A stretch of 64,000 nt of DNA from Zootoca vivipara (lineage: Eukaryota): assembly GCF_963506605.1 (NCBI RefSeq), contig NC_083280.1, positions 32,364,001 to 32,428,000 on the forward strand, given 5' to 3'. Positions within the stretch are counted from its first letter, which is position 1. Each line of letters opens with the position of its first letter. The position numbers and the translations under genes were made by a program. A model generated the notes under the pieces. That model did not search any database, was not told where the DNA came from, and saw only the letters and a program-made list of their open reading frames with translations. Positions 1-13,080 of the stretch are shown in pieces.

Positions 1-467
1 GTACAATCTGCAACCTGAATGCTTGCCCAGTAACAACTTCCAGAGAAATAGTTGTGTTAAGACTGTTGCAGCAAAAAACAATAAAAACATTTGGTGCATC
101 TTAAAGACTAACCAATTATTATTGGTTTGATGAACCAGAGTCCAATTCATCTGATGCATGTTATCCTAAGGTTGCAAGGTATATCACTGTTTTACGCATT
201 TATAGAAAATAAAAAGACTATGCCTCAGTGGAAAGACAATTCAAAAGAACCTTACTTCAGCGAGGGGGCAGGCATAGAGGGCCTCTATGGGGGTTCTATC
301 CAATCATGTTTCAGAAGCCACATTAAACAATTATAACAATTCCATATGGATGAGCATTTGAGAGTCCACCAAGTTTCTCTGCTCAGTGGAAAGAGGTCAA
401 CACAGTGCTTTGCATCCATGTTCAAGGAATGCCAGGAATGAATTAGTTTAACATACCAAAAGTCACA

Positions 468-803
468 GGACACGGGAGGCGCTGTGGTCTAAACCACTGA
501 GCCTCTTGGGCTTGCCGATCAAAAGGTTGGCGGTTCGAATCCCCGCGATGGGGTGAGCTGCCGTTGTTCAGTTCCAGCTCCTGCCAACCTAGCAGTTCGA
601 AAGCACGTCAAGGTGCAAGTAGATAAATAGGTACTGCTCTGGCAGGAAGGCAAACGGCCTTTCTGTGTTCTGCACGGAAGCGGCTTAGTCATGCTGGCCA
701 CATGACCTGGGAAAACGGCTCCCTCGGCCAGTAAAGCGAGATGAGTGCCGCAACCCCAGAGTCGTTCGTGACTTTAACTGTCAGGCTTCCTTCACCTTTA
801 CCT
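468..803 (+). mobile_element. Sauria SINE (Squam1), full length
   Basis: tRNA-like head with box B ggttcgaatccc, Bov-B-like tail and ACCTTT repeats; 14-bp TSD taccaaaagtcaca. Confidence 0.93.
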
Positions 804-1504
804 TACCAAAAGTCACACATATCATACTATTCTCTTCTCAGAAAATGTTATGGTTTGTTCTCAATTGATTGAGGAGAACAACTACCCATAAATCAGGAGA
901 TCTGAATAAATTTTGATGAAGTAACTCACTGGATATAATAAAAAAAACCTGACCTTCCAAATTCAATGTATGGTGGGCCTCTCTACAGTGTAATCTGCTT
1001 ATTTTAATTACAACAAAGTTTTATACAGTTTCTAATGTTTTTTTTTTTAAAAAAAAAGGTTTCTACCCCTGTCACATGCACTTGACAACTCTGCAAAATA
1101 TTTTCTTTAATGCTATACAGCAAGACATTTTGGAGCCGAGACTGGTAAACCCTGTAGGCTTTCCAAATGGCTTTGAATTATCTCTCTTCAATTAATGTTT
1201 CATTCCCTAGAGTAAGTTCATTAAAATCTCCTATCATTGCAATTAGCACATTACTGACTGCTTATCCTATTATAGAATTTAATTGCACTTTGGTAACACC
1301 AAGTAGGTTCAACCCTAAAAGCATTTAATATACATTCCTTGTTTCAGGATTCTACAGTTTTGTCTGTGGAAATGTGTTTACCGCAATAACGCTGTTGGTT
1401 GTTTCTCCCTTCCTCCAAATTCAATTATATGCAATTCCACAGATATTGAACACTTACATTAAAAGATCATGTCACATTCCTGATCTTTGCATAATGGTAT
1501 ACAT

Positions 1505-1867
1505 CAGGGGTGGCCAACTCCGAAGAGACTGCGATCTACTCACAGAGTTAAAAACTGGCAGTGATCTACCCCCCTTTTTTAGGGAGGAGGAAAGCCCCAT
1601 TTTTTAGGGGTTCAGATCAAAGTTGTTGAGATTTTTTAGGAAGGAGGAAGGCCCATTTTTAGGGGTTCATGTCAGAGTTGTTGAGCTTTTCTGAGGTGGG
1701 AGGAAAGCCCTCTTTTTGGGAGGTGAAGGGCTAAAATGTTGAGCATTTTTTAGGGGAACCAAAGTTCTTGAGCTTCTTTGGGGGGGGAGCCAGTGATCTA
1801 CCAGTGATCTACCACAGGCGTCCAGTGATCTACCAGTAGATCACGATCTACCTGTTGGACGTGCCTG
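1505..1867. mobile_element. hAT MITE
   Basis: caggggtggccaac ... gttggacgtgcctg with 8-bp TSD gtatacat; gatctac subterminal repeats. Confidence 0.9.
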
Positions 1868-2832
1868 GTATACATTTAACACAAACCAGGATTGGTCTTA
1901 ACTATCATATTTATAATTATGATACAACTTCATTCGACATATTACTTGTCCTCCTTTACCAATTCTAGTTAATCTTTAAGCACGTGTTCTGAATCATTTA
2001 GCTCTGTTCCTTTTTGTAGCATCAAAAATGAACTTCTGTTTTCTAGCTGGCTATCTTGACAAAACCATCGGATAAGAAAACTAGGCTCCATAATAAGCAA
2101 TTTATAACATGAATGTGTCATTTCTTTTAACACCTCTGAATGCAATTATTAACACTGAATCCATAGTCAACATACTTGCATTTCAGAAGGATCTCACTAT
2201 TGTTGAAGGAGCACACAACGTGTTAAAAAATGGGGGGGCACTATTCTCAAACTGAGCTGGCACTACAGCTAATGTTACAGAAAGATAACTGACAAACAGA
2301 AAATATATCAAACTGTTTTAAGAATGTGAGAGGATGAATTAAGAGACAGGGAGAATCTGTGGTTCTCCTTGCCTCAAAACACCCTGACATAGGAGAAAAA
2401 AAACTTATAATGAGTTTGATTGCATTACAGCCCATTATCTAGCCTAAGATGTGGCAATGATAGAGGTGGAAAAAGCATTTTTTCCTCCTCAATCATTGTC
2501 CAGAGGAGCATATCTGAGTGCTGTAGGGCCAATTACCATCTGACCAAGGTAGACTTTCGCAGGACACACTGAGGGTGAAATTGTTTGGCCTTTGTGGTTA
2601 ACGTACAGCATCACTGGGTCCCATCTTTCTAGATGTCTTTCAGATATTGGAACCTGAGAATACAGATGTGGTTGGCACTTGGTCAATTCCAGCTGACCAC
2701 TGACTAGCAGGGAAAATATGTCCAGCTCAGAAGGACTGTGGATGAAGGACTCTGCCCGAGCAGCTTAATGGACTAGACAAGGGTTAATAAACTGAGATTC
2801 AACCCAGACAAAACTATTTGTGGAAAAGGACA

Positions 2833-2930
2833 AATGCCGGCTCCCTCGACCAGTAAAACAAGATGAGAGCCACAACCCCAGAGTCGTTCGCGACTGGATT
2901 TAATTGTCAGGGATCCCTTTACCTTCACCT
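2833..2930 (+). mobile_element. Sauria SINE 3' fragment
   Basis: gccggctccctc...caaccccagagtcg...ccctttacctt. Confidence 0.85.
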
Positions 2931-3204
2931 AGGTTAGCTAAGAGACCACCTTATTCTGAATACGCCTAGTTTATTCTGTAAGATCATCGTCAGAGGCAAA
3001 GTTCCACATGTCCCTAGCAAACAAAGTGAGAAGATGGAGAGGGCCTTCCCAGTAGTGGAATAGCTTCCAAAGATGCTCACTAGATGTCTTCCTTTTGAAA
3101 ATCTTTTATTTACTCAGACTTTTTAAACAGCTTGTATTATAAAACAGAAGTAGAACAAAGCAAGTTGTGTGGGCTCTTAGTAATTAAGGTGCACTTATTT
3201 TATA

Positions 3205-3424
3205 CAGTCATAACCCAGTTTACGTCCGCTGCGGTTTGAGTACTCTCGGTTTGAGTACTCCGCGGCCCCAGAAGTGTTTACTTCCAGGTTCTGTGGCACG
3301 CGCATGCGCAGAAGTGCTCTATTGGTGCTTCGTGCACACGCGGAAGCACCGCTCCATTTAAGTACATTTCGGGGAGCGAACGGCTTCCCAGAACCAAATG
3401 TGTACTTAAACCAAGATACCACTG
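3205..3424. mobile_element. Tigger-like MITE
   Basis: TA|cagtcataacc ... ccaagataccactg|TA. Confidence 0.78.
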
Positions 3425-3881
3425 TAATCTGAGCTGCTAACTGATTTTATTTTTCCTTTGCTCTAAAGGAGACCTTTTAAGGTTGCATTTCATTGTCTTT
3501 ATTGCCTTTAAATTATTGTATTTTAATGTAGTTTAGTATTCTTTGTTGTCTGAGTCGACCAGAGAGTTTAAATTGATGGGCACACAAACAAATTCAGTAA
3601 ATAAAATAAGGCTCCATTATTTATCTGTACTTTCATCATGCCTTGAACCTTTAGAAATCTTTATGCAAGAGATGGAAACCGAGGAGAGCAGAATGAAATC
3701 TAGTATTTTGTGTGAACATATAGACTTGTGGCTACGGATGCAAATGACTCTTTTAAAGTACGTACGTCTCTACTTGAGCATGTGGAAATACAATGCAGAA
3801 TGCCCATGGACTTTTTATGGATACTTGCATCCCACTGAACTAATAAAGCTTAGAGAGAAATGATGAATCCAAAACTTTTAC

Positions 3882-4008
3882 CTGTTGGGCACTAATGTAC
3901 AATCAATGTCTGGCCTTTTCGTTTTGGGAATGGCATAAAGAGGATATCGGTCCCCATGGCGAATCAGCACATGAACAGAATTCAGTTTAAAATAGTGAGG
4001 TGCATGAC
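3882..4008 (-). CDS. PXYLP1: PXYLP1 third coding exon (127 nt) with the catalytic RHGxRxP motif
   Basis: Hand translation gives (G)HAPHYFKLNSVHVLIRHGDRYPLYAIPKTKRPDIDCTLVPN(R), containing the histidine acid phosphatase motif RHGDRYP. Acceptor tcttttatag|, donor AG|GTAAAA. Not listed in the ORF track. Confidence 0.96.
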
Positions 4009-4188
4009 CTATAAAAGAAACATCAAAATTGATCCAAAACAACAACCATCAGTTTTAGAAGTCTAGAATTCATCAAGTTCATATATTCAGCTACATACGC
4101 AATACAGTAAAGGAAAAAACATATACCGTAAGCTGATCTTTACAAGTCAAAAAATAAACAGAACATAAAGACACACAAAAGCAAACAT

Positions 4189-4189
<1 letters not shown>

Positions 4190-4219
<30 letters not shown>
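4190..4219. repeat. (CAA)n microsatellite
   Basis: Direct observation. Confidence 0.95.
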
Positions 4220-4729
4220 AGATGCCTTATTCTAATATGCTATAAACTGTTAAAAGACAAGAACAGTGGGGGGGGGGAGATACTAAAATGGGAAAAGATT
4301 TATCAGTTATAATTGTCCATCTAGAATTCCAAAAGATTATTTAAACATTCCAAAAGATTATTTAAATGTTCCAATTCTTTCAATTTATTTATCAATCCAT
4401 CTTCTTTGTCTTAAATATACACACAAACGTAATTTTGTTCAGCTTTGCAAGATGCCAGAATTTAATGTGTCATTTACGTAAATGAGGAGTTTCTTCTCTT
4501 CCTCGACCTTTTCTGCAAGTTACAGTGTAGTCCTATACATGCATACTCAGAAGTAAATGCCATTGAATTTAATGGTGCTTCCTATCTGACTCAGCACAAC
4601 TAAGAGGGCCTCCTCAGATTACTGATTGCTCTAGAGCCTATCTTAAAAGGTGGTATATATTTTAATGTCCGTTTGCAATGGAGTGTGTTGCATTCATGTT
4701 TCCAAGACCATCCAACCAGCCAAGTGTTG

Positions 4730-5255
4730 GAAACCTTTGTTAAAAAAAGAAACCCAGAAGCTTTCTTATTAGGTATTATAGGAGTGGACCTACCAAAATT
4801 ACAAAAGAATTTGTTTATGTATGCAACAATGGCCGCACGGACTTTAGTAGCACAATATTCGAAAGAAGAAGGTGTCCCATCTAAAGAAGATTAGCAAGTT
4901 AAACTTATGGAATATGCTGAAATGGCAAAACTGAAGATGAAATTAAAGAGGAAGAAGATAAGAAATTTCAGGAAGAATGGAAGATGTTTCTTGCATATAT
5001 ACAGAAGCAATGTACACAGGTTAATACATTAGCAGGGTTTTAAGATCACTTGTAATTTTATTATGAATGGATAATGCATGATTTAAATATGTTACAAATT
5101 TAACAATGGACATGCATTATCTTTATAAATAATAGAACCAAGGAAGTGATTAGAGGGAATTCAATTTGTTTTGTTTTGTTTTGTTTTGGCATTGCTGTTT
5201 TGTTTTGTTATTGTTATTTTTGGAAAATCAATTAAATGTTTTTTTTTTAAAAAAA
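4730..5255 (+). mobile_element. L1-like LINE 3' fragment
   Basis: PEAFLLGII...LFMYATMAARTLVAQY...KLMEYAEMAKL resembles the squamate L1 ORF2 C-terminus; A/T-rich 3' UTR follows. Confidence 0.75.
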
Positions 5256-5500
5256 GGAAACACAATGGCGTATTAGAAGAACCCTTGGTCTGATCCAGTA
5301 GGACTGACTGCAACTGAACCAAGCATAATTAGGTGGTGAGGCTTTCAAAGCTTTGTTTTTTACTTTATTTACTATAGTAGCTCGCTTCTGCCAGAAATTT
5401 TTTTAAGAGCACTCTTATCAAGAAAACATGCATTTGACATTAAAACACCAGTAATTACACAGAAATAGAACAGCAGACACCAATGCTATAACAGGTTTAC

Positions 5501-5662
5501 CTTCCATACTGCGTTCAGGTATGTTGGGAATGTTACAATAAAACTGGGCTTCGAAAATGGGATCTATGGCAGGTGTCTCCGTCAGAGTATCAGGCATTAT
5601 TCTCTTTCGATTCTTGGAGCCAAGATCATCTTCTTTAACAGGGTTAACAGGGATCAAGTGTA
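5501..5662 (-). CDS. PXYLP1: PXYLP1 second coding exon (162 nt)
   Basis: (L)HLIPVNPVKEDDLGSKNRKRIMPDTLTETPAIDPIFEAQFYCNIPNIPERSME(G) matches the PXYLP1 stem region (RKRIMPD, YCNIP, ERSMEG). Acceptor tatttttag|, donor G|GTAAA; phases 1/1 agree with both neighbouring exons. Confidence 0.95.
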
Positions 5663-5909
5663 CTAAAAATACAAATAAGCAACATTCACGTCATTTTGCT
5701 ATTGTTGAATTACATTAGTGCTCTATCATTTGACTCAAAATATAAATGCAAATGTTTTCCAGGATATCCCTATTACATTAGGCATACCATAAGTGTGACA
5801 CACAACAAGGGGTGGGGGATTGGAAACAGGAAGAAAAGAAAAGAAATGTGCAACCATCGCTACTGATGCCCTGCCACTGAAATGTTTTCCACCCCACTAG
5901 ATTAACCTA

Positions 5910-7065
5910 CCGTATATTCCGGCGTATAAGACGACTGGGCGTATAAGACGACCCCCCAACTTTTCCAGTTAAAATATAGAGTTTGGTATATATTCGCCGT
6001 GTAAGACTACCCCTCTTCCACCGCACCGCACACCAAATAAAAATTAAAGAAACATCAGATTTGATTTCAATATGGTAATTTTAATTCGACAGTTTCCCTT
6101 TAAAAGCCTTCAAAATCCTCCTGTTCATCATCTTATGTCATAAGTATATCAATGACATATTGTGGTCTATAAGGCAACTTCCTATGCTCCTGTGGGGAGA
6201 ACTGGGTTTCATTGAAACTTGATGGCCTTTTCTCCACATCCTTTCCTGGGAGAGCTGCCCTTTCACCACCGCTTCTCTCCCCGCCCCGTTTCAGGGCTCC
6301 TTCCACCCACCCAGAAGGCAGCAGAGCAGAGAGGCAACAGCCTTCTCCTTGCAGGAAAGCCTTCCCGGGTGGCTGGGCAAGCCGAACGCACCCAGCTCAG
6401 CCCCCTCTTCCTCTCTAAAGCAAGAGCACCTTCCACCCACCCAGAAGACAGCACTTGCAGAGGAGAGAGGCAACAGCATTTTCCTTGCAGGAAAGCCTTC
6501 CCTTTTGTTCCTGCACACGGCTTCGGGTGGCTGGGCTGAGCGAGCTATCTTCTCTAGGACTCCTGCTCAGTTCCTTTTAACCCCTAGCAAGTCGAGCACA
6601 CCCAGCTCAGCTCCCTCTCCCTCTCTAAAGCAGGAGCCGACAGTGCAAGAAAGCTTTCCCTTTTGCTCCCTCCCCCCCTTTCGTTCCCTTTTGTTTGTCT
6701 GACGGCTGGGCTGAGCGGGCTATCCTCCTCACTTCAGGCACCCCCGTGTGCCGATGAAGAGGCGCTAATCCAGTCAAAGCCATGAGGGAGCCGTTCGCCC
6801 CTGCGGAAGAGGAGCTAATCCAGGCAAAGCCATGAGGGAGCCGTTTGCCCGTGCCTTCGCCCCTGCGGAGAGCAGCCCTCTCCCGAGCGCGCGCTTCTTC
6901 AGGGACTCCTTTAGGGAAACTGTGCCATGCCCCACGGCCGTTTTTGAGCTCCCCCCACCATATGCGGAGACTGCTGATTCTAGTACCCGGCGTTTAACAC
7001 GGCCCCCCAACTTTTGAGACGATTTTCATGGGTCAGGAAGTCGTCTTATACGCCAGTATATACGG
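5910..7065. mobile_element. Non-autonomous Tc1/mariner-superfamily (pogo/Tc2-like) DNA transposon, ~1.16 kb
   Basis: TA TSD; terminal inverted repeats (TIRs) ccgtatattccggcgtataagacgac / gtcgtcttatacgccagtatatacgg; GC-rich interior with local duplications; no transposase. Confidence 0.9.
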
Positions 7066-9264
7066 TAGCTGATTTCTGGTGCAAGTACAATCTACCATAT
7101 ATTTCAAAGTATACCTGGAATCTCTGCCCATCTGCTATCCTCCCCAACCCTACTCCACAGTCCTACAATAGCACCTTTAAAAGGTGCTACAAATTCATAA
7201 TATGTTCTATAGTTACACAAAAATACAAATACTATTAATAATAAATGGTCCTATTTATTATATGCATTACAGTGGTTACGATAAAAGCTACTTCTGAAGA
7301 AGGAAAGACCCATGCAATAAGCCAAATTAGTATTACAAACTTGCATGTCTTACTGTTAAGACATTAAGATATATTTACTTTTTGTTTGAAGCATAGTTAT
7401 CAGAATAGGAAGCAATGTAACCATTACCAAAAAAAAGCATATAAGGAAGAAAGCAGCTGCAGCAAAATCATCAATTTTAAACCATTTACCTAAAATTAGA
7501 ATTAAAGAAAGGAAATCTGTTTCCCATTTTCTTTTTCCCTTGCAAGCACGAACGGTCCAAAAAGAGTATGCAAAGAAAGCAGCCATTTCAGTCTGGAATT
7601 TTTTTCCTTAGTGGTAGCCTTAAATACAGACTGTTCTTTCAGTTCCATGCAACCAAACTGTTTAAAACTTTTTCACTGACGTAGGAAGTAGGTCACACAG
7701 CAAATATTTTTTTTCAAGTTACGTGGCAATTTTTCATCAGCATGGAAGAGAAAATATGCATAATAAGAACTATTCAAAGTTCATTATCCCTCTCCCCTAA
7801 AGAAGGGTCTTGTGGTTTCCAAATTTTGCAAAGTAGTTTTCACTAAAATACACAAATACAGAAAAAAGTGAAACACAAGGAAGAGACTACTGCAATTAGC
7901 ACAGAAGCACATTAAAGGGTGGATATATGCTAAAATAGAGGGGAAAATAAATGGTTAATTAAGAAAACCCACTGGCAGATATTATGCCCCCCCCCCCAAA
8001 AAAAAAGACCAGCCTGGAGGAGACAGATAAGGTGCATATGGATTAGACAGCTGAATGGGTACAATGCCAATGTTGCCAATTCAGACACAAAGCAAACCTG
8101 AGAATGCACTGCAGAAAATCTTACCATCTGCTATGCCAATTTAAGGACTACTATCATGCCAGACTCAATTATAAAGTTGTATATTTACGACTACTTAACA
8201 TCTTTTATGTCAATTGCTTGAGAAAAATGAAGGACTCATAGAACTTCAAGTCTTACAACTAACGCTGCACTCCACCTAGTACTAATGGGGAGTAAGCCCC
8301 ACTTAATTCAACAGGACTTACTTCTGAGTAACATGATTAGGATTGTAGCATAATTCTAGTCATATGATGTGGTGAGCTCTGAAGCAGTATGAGCTTTCTT
8401 ACACCACAATTCCATCCATTTGTCTGCTTGGAAGCAAATTTATTGGGGCTAACTTCTAGGTAAGTGGGGCCAGGATTACAGCCTGTTAGCATGCCAGTAC
8501 ATACAGACCACTGGGGGATGTTTTCTAGTTGCTATCTTTTTGAAATAATTCAGCTTTCATATTGCCAAACAAGTTAGCCATTGGATACACTGTCTGTTGT
8601 TCTGTGGCATTTCGTTTTGCCTGCCTTAAAATAAAAATCAATCGATATTTAGTTTACCAAACTATCACAGTTTACCCTTACTGAAATGAGTGGGAAAGTG
8701 AAACTAACTGGACTCTGTCAGATCTGAGAAACAGGAGAGGGAGAATAAGGTAAATACTTCGCCTGCATCAAAAGTTCTGTTTTTGTGTGGTTTTACTGAC
8801 TCACAAGCACTGAAATAGGATGCCTCCCCCCATTTTTATTTCTCTCACCCTGTATATTTCTGTGGGTACAAAGTGCATGCACATTCACACATCAAAGAAC
8901 TGTTGCTCCCAATGAGGAATTTATTTAAATTAGCACTGTGGAACCCAATGTAGCACAAAAACTTATAAGTTAGACCAGTAGTGCCCAAATCAAACAAATC
9001 CACTGGAACGGTTTCCTAAGCATTATGTTTGGTCTCTTGCTCTCTGCCATGAATGTATGAAAATATTCACAATGAATGAAAAGAAACAAGCAGAAACACT
9101 GCTGACTGGTAATCATCATCATCATCATCAAGAAGGATAGCCCAATTTGTTGTTTTCTACTAGCCCCCCCGGGAACCAATCTGGATCTATTTTTGGCAAT
9201 GCAAATGCAGGCCTAAACTTAGGTCTCACTCCAGACTGGGGCGACAGTGGAGGGCAAAGGATTA

Positions 9265-9528
9265 TTTCCCGTTGCTCGGTCCCAGCTCCTGCCCAAGTAG
9301 CAGTTTGAAAGCACATCAAAGTGCAAGTAGATAAATAGGTACTGCTCCAAGCAGGAAGGTAAATGGCATTTCCGTGCGCTGCTCTGGTTCGCCAGAAGCG
9401 GCTTAGTCATGCTAGCCACATGACCTGGAAGCTGTACGCCAGCTCACTCAGCAAATAATGCAAGATGAGTGCCGCAACCCCAGTCGGTCACGACTGGACC
9501 TAATGGTCAGGGTTCCCTTTACATTTAC
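9265..9528 (+). mobile_element. Sauria SINE, 5'-truncated
   Basis: Body and tail align by eye with the other copies. Confidence 0.9.
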
Positions 9529-10288
9529 TACTCCATTACAATAGAGATCCAAGGCTTATTGCCAGCATTGTCAAAAGGAGAATCTATTCAGTTTAATGAA
9601 TCCTCCTTTGGCAATACGAACTGAAGGTGCAGGGACCTCAGTCCAGATCAGAACCACGGCAGGGAGCAAAGAGTTAAACCCCCTCTAGCCCCCATTTTTA
9701 TTGTGCTGCATTATCTAGCTGCAGGTCTATTTCCTATCAAAGTGAGAGAAAACAGGGAGAAATCACAAACAAAACTTCTTTGAAAAGTACGTCAATTCAA
9801 AATGTGTTGTATGTTCAAAATGAATGATCTTTAGTATATTTTGTGCTTAATATGACCTTGCATAATTCATACAAATAGAAGACACCCTCCAAAAAAAAAA
9901 AGATTACTAGATAGATCTTTCAACTCTCCTTGCAGAACAGGGAAATAAAAGGATCTAGAGAAGCAGATGAAACCAGAAATAAAGTAACATTGTTCAAGTA
10001 TACACTTTATTTAAACAGAAATGCAAACAGAGAATGAAACTGTTTACTGTGTTTACATTTTGAAATACAGGAGATTTCAAAGTAAACAAATTGCAAAAGA
10101 AATACCTACATTTGCACACCTGACAGGAGACTGAGCAAATATTTTTTTGCCAAGTCAATCAGGCAATAAATGTGCTCCAGCAGCTTTAGAAGCCTCTCGG
10201 TTTACAGTAAGAGAGTTACAAATATCACAATATTGTGACACTATAACAAGAGACTTTTGTGTAGTAGTTAAGTCAACAAATTCCATTA

Positions 10289-10395
10289 CAGTGGTGCCTC
10301 GAGTTACAAACGCTTCAGGTTACAAACTCCCCTAACCTGGAAGATTTACCTCAAGTTGAGAACTTTGACCCAGGATGAGAACAGAAATCGTGTGC
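10289..10395. mobile_element. Tigger-like MITE, left part only
   Basis: TA|cagtggtgcctcgagttacaaacgcttcaggttaca; reverse match to the right half of 19375-19601. Confidence 0.7.
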
Positions 10396-12651
10396 TGGCC
10401 AGGCAGCTGGAGTAGGAGGGGAAGACAAAGCGGGAAGAAAAGGCTTTGAGTTGATGGGGCCCCCTCTTCCCATCCTTGAACTCCCTGGGAAACCCAGCAA
10501 ACCTGCTGCACCTGAAACTGACTGTAAAAAGTGCAGCTGAATGGGTCACAGCTTTGGGCAGCCTGAGGAAGTACCATTCACCTTGGGCCTGCCCATAAAA
10601 AAGCAAGTTTAGAGTGAGAAGCCAGGGGAATGCCTGCTGTTTCCAGGAACTCTTCTCGCTGTTTTTGTTGGACCCTGAGAGAGAACCCAGAGGCTGAGAA
10701 GGAGGGTGCGTCAGAAGGAAAATGAACCTATATTCATTTATATATATTTGTAACTTGGTCTTAGTGTAACCTTTTTATATGTAACTGTATTTGTGTAATG
10801 CTTTGCTTAAGCTGTTTGTTGCTTCTTCAGTTTTCTGTACACCACTTAAGAGATATTTTGAATATATCAAGTAGTATAAAAAAGGAGGAACTATTAAAAT
10901 GTTCTCCCTATTGTTCCCTGGCAACAGAGGCTTGCAGTCACTACCTGAGAGGCACTGACTTCAAGCCTGATGGACTTCGCTGCACTACAGAGTTCCTTGT
11001 GGAATAGCCAGCCTCAGAGAAACAGCCTCTGCTCCACAATTCATTGGTGTCAACGGGAGTCCCCCCTCCCCAAGGTGCACAGCAGGAAAATGTTCCTGGT
11101 TTTCATTTCAATCATAGATTGGAATGAACCTTCCTTGTGTACTATGGTCCCAATTAAAACTACCTCCCGCACCTAATATTTTTGGTTTTTAAAAAAGCAT
11201 AATAACTGTTACTTACATCTTAACACACCCTATGCATTTTCACATGCCTCCTACCGGTTAAGAGAAACCAGACAATATTGATAATTTTTACTAAACATAC
11301 ACCAGCATTTTACAATGCATCCCCCCCCCCGCCCTGAAAATGAACTAGAAATTGCATTCTTATCTCACATGCTAATATGTGTTCATGGATATAAACAGCA
11401 ATCTTCATCCCGCAAACATGTCTTATGCTCAAGGCACAACACAGGAAGTACTGAGCCACTTTCCAACCATTTTCTTTTAATTACCTCTATAAACATTTGC
11501 CCAGGGGTCTAAAGATAAAATTTATCACCAGCCATAGCAAGATTCCATCATTTTAATCCTCCTTCTGAAAGACATTAGCAATATCCACATGTACCAATGA
11601 GGCAGATTACACAGTGATAAGACAGAACAGTATGATTGCTTTTCAACGTGCAATACTTTGCTAAGAAACTCTGGGCTATCATTAAACATTTGGAGGACAC
11701 AAGACAGACAAACACACCGCAGTAAACACCCATAAATTATGGCTTCTGAAATTATTTGCTGTGTATCTAAAATACAGTAACAGAAAACAGATTTGTAGTT
11801 ACATTTTTAGAAAGAAAAGAAAGTGCAGTAAAATGATCCTTAAGGGTGAATAATCGTACTGTCATGCGGCATACAACTCCAAACAAGATAAATTTACTGG
11901 GAACTGGGGTGTCTGGAAAGCTCTAACACAAATGGCAGTAATTATCCCCAGTATTAGTCCAGCTAAGATGAATTTCAAAGTATGGCTACACTGAAATTGC
12001 AGCAGATCGCTTTTGCTTACCAAGCAATGGAAGTTCAAACAGAAGTACAGAAGAAAACACATTGGCTAAATAACAAACTCTTCCCATGAATTATTTAAAA
12101 TCTCAGAAAGACCAGACATGTGTCATATCTCTGCCAAACTTTCCCAACATTTCTCATTGCTTTCTTTCCCACACATACCAGCTGAGACCCCATCTTAAAA
12201 TTTCCACTGTTCCCAATGGAGCATTCCAACTATGTTTGGGAACCTACAATGCCACCTGGAGTGCAAGGATACATGGATTTTACAATGTCCTGAACAGATT
12301 TACCTTTCAGTTGAGTGGTCTTTTATTACACATTGAATTCAAGGTAATGAGACAATACAAATAGACACTGTGACGAAGTGAATTTACCAACTTGGGAGAT
12401 TGGCCATAGCAGCTGCCTAGTCTGTCTAAGGGGGAAGCTCCTTCCTTCTTAACAGATTCCAGGAGTAGAAGGCAAACATAGCACAACCATCTCTGGTGAT
12501 TAACTCCTTGGTGGCTGACTCTCAGGCCATTAGATCTCAGGAGAAGAAGCATTCAGTGATGAGACAACTGATCTGGTATACGTTCTGTACAGTACTCTAC
12601 AGCTGTTTTGCTCTTTCAACGGCCATTAGGGAAGTAGAAACACTTAAGTAT

Positions 12652-13080
12652 GACAAACTTAGTTGGTCTCTAAGGTGCTACTTAGTTGGTCTCTAAGGTG
12701 CTACTGGGACCCAGGTGGCGCTGTGGGTTAAACCACAGAGTCTAGGGCTTGCTGATCAGAAGGTCGGCAGTTCGAATCCCTGCGACGGGGTCCCAGCTCC
12801 TGCCCACCTAGCAGTTCGAAAGCACATCAAAGTGCAAGTAGATAAATAGGGACCGCTCCGGCGGGAAGGCAAACGGCGTTTCCATGCGCTGCTCTGGTTC
12901 GCCAGAAGCAGCTTTGTCATGCTGGCCACATGACCTGGAAGCTGTCTGTGGACAAACGCCGGCTCCCTTGGCCTATAGAGCAAGATGAGCGCCGCAACCC
13001 CAGAGTCGGACACGACTGGACCTGATGGTCAGGGGCCCCTTTACCTTTAAGGTGCTACTGGGAGGATTTCTTTATTTTGT
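12652..13080 (+). mobile_element. Penelope pLTR fragment interrupted by a Sauria SINE
   Basis: cttagttggtctctaaggtgcta occurs twice in tandem before the SINE; ggtgctactgggaggatttctttattttg follows it. Confidence 0.7.
12706..13047 (+). mobile_element. Sauria SINE
   Basis: gggacccaggtggcgctg head; TSD taaggtgctact. Confidence 0.93.

Noticed and set aside
50-170. Possible very old Penelope pLTR/hammerhead relic
   Set aside because: Only loose similarity (gcatcttaaagactaac) and no intact core; too degenerate to call.
519-701. Recurrent ORFs of the type MASMTKPLL...GFEPPTF (also 9219, 12756, 15446, 39862, 48369) that look like a small gene family
   Set aside because: They are antisense translations of Sauria SINE copies, not genes.
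1-3881. Next PXYLP1 exon (expected KPYHPKLEAF-like peptide)
   Set aside because: I could not find it by eye on the minus strand; it probably lies beyond the left edge.
6212-7017. Cluster of overlapping GC-rich ORFs and a CpG-island-like stretch
   Set aside because: Lies wholly inside a TIR/TA-bounded DNA transposon; no recognisable protein.
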